DNA from: Heterodontus francisci
Taxonomy: Eukaryota
DNA: 64,000 nt
Reading direction: 5' to 3'
NCBI RefSeq assembly: GCF_036365525.1
Contig: NC_090397.1
Location: forward strand, 31,176,352-31,240,351
Of the stretch, positions 61,262 to 64,000 are shown in pieces. How positions within the stretch are numbered: position 1 is the stretch's first letter; each line of letters begins with the position of its first letter. The notes under the pieces are model-generated. The model saw only the letters and a list, made by a program, of their open reading frames with translations. It ran no database searches and was not told the origin of the DNA. A program made the translations under genes and the position numbers.

Positions 61262-63410
61262 AAGAGATAGACCAAGTAATTACAGGCCAGTCAGCCAAAC
61301 CACGGTAGTGCAGGAAAATTATTGGAAAGATTCTGAGGGATAAATCTTCATTTATAAAGACACGGACTAATCAAAGACAGTTAGCATGGATTTGTTAAGG
61401 GAAGGTCATGTCTGACTAACATGATTGAATTTTTTGAGGAGGTAACAAGGAGGGTCAATGAAGGTGGTTAGTTTGATGTAGTCTATATGGATTTTAGCAT
61501 GGCAGACTGGTCACAAAAGTAAAAAATCCATGGGATCCAAGGCAAAATGGCAAGTTGGATCCAAAATTGGCTCAGATGCAGGAAGCAAAGGGTAATAGTT
61601 GATGGGTGTTTTTGTGACTGGAAGGCTGTTTCCAGTGGAGTTCCGCAGGCCTCAATACTAGGTCCCTTGCTTTTTGTGGTTATATAGCAACGATTTGGAC
61701 TTGAATGTAGGGGGTATGATTAAGAAGCTTGCAGACGATACAAAAAATTGGCTGTGTGGTTGATAATGAAGAAAGCTATAGATTGCGGGAAGATATCAAT
61801 GAACTCGTCAGGTGGGCAGAACAGTGGCAAATGGAGTTTAGTCTGATGAAGTATGAGGTAATGCATTTGGGGAAGGCTAACAAGGCAAGGGAATACACAA
61901 TAAATGGTCGGATACTGAGAAATTTAGGAGGAACAGAGGGACCTTGGAGTGCATGTCCACAGATCCCTGAAGGTGGCTGGACAGGCAGATAAGGTGGTCA
62001 ACAAGGCATACGGGATGCTTGCCTTTATTAGCCAAGGTATAGAACATAAAAGCTGGGAGGTCATGCTGTATCTGTGTAAAACATTAGTTCAACCACAGTT
62101 GGAGTACTGCGTGCAGTTCTGGTCACCGCATTATAGGAACGATATGATTGCACTAGTGAAGGTACTGAGGAAATTTACGAGGATGTTGCCTAGACTGGAG
62201 AATTTTAGTTTTGAGCAAAGATTGGATATGCCAGGGTTGTTTTCTTTGGAACAGAAGAGGCTGAGAGGAGACCTTATTGAAGTGTATAAAATTATGAGGG
62301 GTCTATATGGATTGGATAGGAAGGTCCTATTCCCTTTTGTCACGAAAATGTGCTATGTCCAAAGATGATTTTATTTAATCCACCGGCTGGAAATCTGAAT
62401 ATTAAACTGATGGAGACAAAACACTCAAAACTTGCAAGCTTCAAACTCTGCCTGCTGATCGTGACTGCTGAGGCATGTCCCCTGCTACGGTCCCCTAATG
62501 TTCCGTAGTTTAATTGATCTGTGTTTGATTGTGTTAGTCTGTCCACCAATTGATGCTCACTGTGCTTAATTACTTAAGCCTGAGGATGGAACTAGGGAGT
62601 TTTGAGAAGGTTCCGGAAAGAACAGACAGAGACCCCCTTGAAGGAAATCAGCTGCATTGCTGTCTCACAGAGAACCACCGAATCAGTCATCCACATCTTC
62701 AAATCGGAAGCCTCAGGACCACCAAAGGAAAGTCACACAACCACCGAATTTAGCCTAAAGCCAGCCAAGTCACCAATCTCCACAGATTTTATACCCCTTT
62801 TATTTCCCTGGACCAATCTATCCTTTTCCATTCTGTAACCTATTCGTGTGTGTGTTTGTGTGAAAGTTGGAGCATATTTTATTATTTTCCTTAGATTGGT
62901 TTAAGCACAGTAAAGCTAACCTCTTTCTTTATTAAAATCAAGAAAACCAGTCCGATTGTTTTTTTTTATGATCACTGCGTATAAACACTCACTGAATTGG
63001 CAAGTATATCCACTTCAAAAAGAAATAAACCTGTTGTGGTCAAACAAGGAGAGGGAAAAGGGGAGAGCCCTTCGACCCTTCCTCACCTGATCATAACACC
63101 TTGGTTGAGGGGTTCATAACTAGGGGGAATAGATTTAGGATAAGAGGTTTAGAGGGGATTCAAGGGGAAATCTCTTCACCCAGAGGGTGGTGGGGATCAG
63201 GAACTCACTGCCTGAAATGGTAGTGGAGGCAGAAACCTTCATAACATTTAAAAAATAGTTGGACATGCACTTAAAGTGCCGTAACCTACATGGTTAAGGA
63301 TCTAGAGGTAGAAAGTGGGATTAGACTGGATGGTTGCATGTCAGTTGGCGCAGACATAATGGGCTAAATGGTCTCCTACTGTGCTGTAAATTTCTATGAT
63401 TCCATGATTC
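61262..63410 (+). mobile_element. 5'-truncated CR1 interrupted by a solo LTR
   Basis: RT fragments (QHGF.KGRSCLTN, KLADDTK, PQLEYCVQFWSP); resumes at 63099; TTCTATGATTCCATGATT tail. Confidence 0.88.
62338..63098 (+). mobile_element. Solo LTR related to the Gmr1-like LTRs
   Basis: TGTCACGAAAATGTGCTATG...CCTCACCTGATCATAACA; near-TSD CCTT(T)/CCTT; 3' ~250 bp homologous to 24280-24526. Confidence 0.85.
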
Positions 63411-63439
63411 AGTTTAATCTGTAACTGTAATTAAGCATT

Positions 63440-63560
63440 TACTACAGAACACTGTTTGACCTGAGTACACAGCACATCCTCTACATTCATATACAGCACT
63501 ACCTTCACATTTTTACACAGCAACATTATTACACTAGTGCAAAACAGCATCTCTACAATG
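63440..63560. repeat. Short degenerate tandem repeat (ACACAGCA..TACA units)
   Basis: Recurrent ACAGCA...TACA units of ~24 bp. Confidence 0.45.
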
Positions 63561-63584
63561 GTACATAAAAACGTCGAAAACCAA

Positions 63585-64000
63585 TGTTACAACACGGTGA
63601 GGAAGGTGTCTAGAGTTCCCTCTCAGCCTTCACCTGGTCTTACCGTAACAGGGTTTAATTTTAAACACACCGTATTTTTAGCTCCCCCTTAGTTCACCGC
63701 CTTTCAATTAAAAGGTAAAGAAACCAGCACAAACAGGCTTTCTTAGGTTTAAAGAAGAAAAGTTGAAACTTATTAAACTTAAACTCGAATTCAGTTGACG
63801 CCTACGGATACATGACGCACCCACGCTACCGTGCATACGCAATACACACATGCAAATAGAGACAGAAATGAGCAGAAGAAAAATAAAGTGGAGCAGTTTG
63901 AGGCAATATCTGAAGAGTTGTTGTTACAGTTCTTCGAGCTCACTGTAGAGTCCTTGATTGCAGGTAGATCCTGCTTTTTGATGGGGCCCAGTATACTTCT
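63585..64000 (-). mobile_element. LTR in reverse orientation, running off the window
   Basis: TGTTACAAC..GGTGAGGAAGG..ACAGGGTTTAATTTTAAAC is the reverse-complement analogue of the LTR 3' ends (..AAACCCTGTT..CCTCACC..GTAACA). Confidence 0.7.

Noticed and set aside
1-64000. The many 60-200 aa ORFs as host genes
   Set aside because: All recognisable ones are TE fragments or their antisense/alternative frames; no coherent multi-exon host gene was found

Overview
Eukaryotic, vertebrate-type DNA, almost certainly from a cartilaginous fish (shark). The evidence is HE1/V-SINE-type tRNA SINEs with CR1-type tails, abundant CR1 LINEs and shark-type Harbinger elements. I found no convincing host protein-coding gene; the window looks like an intron or gene desert saturated with nested transposable elements. 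Main contents: many CR1 LINE fragments; four HE1/V-SINE copies; a complete two-LTR Gmr1-like Gypsy provirus (16675-24526, TSD ATGC) with gag-PR-IN but no recognisable RT; a young RTE LINE with a twin-priming-type 5' inversion inside that provirus's 5' LTR; several solo LTRs; decayed PIF/Harbinger transposons and MITEs; and a near-perfect ~250 bp foldback palindrome. The most intriguing signal is a second LINE family whose 5' end is a tRNA(Thr)-like Pol III head followed directly by the endonuclease, with no ORF1. Its sense strand is nearly free of TTTT terminators, and a head+tail deletion derivative (SINE) occurs in the same window. All calls were made by eye without alignment tools, so boundaries of old fragments are approximate.
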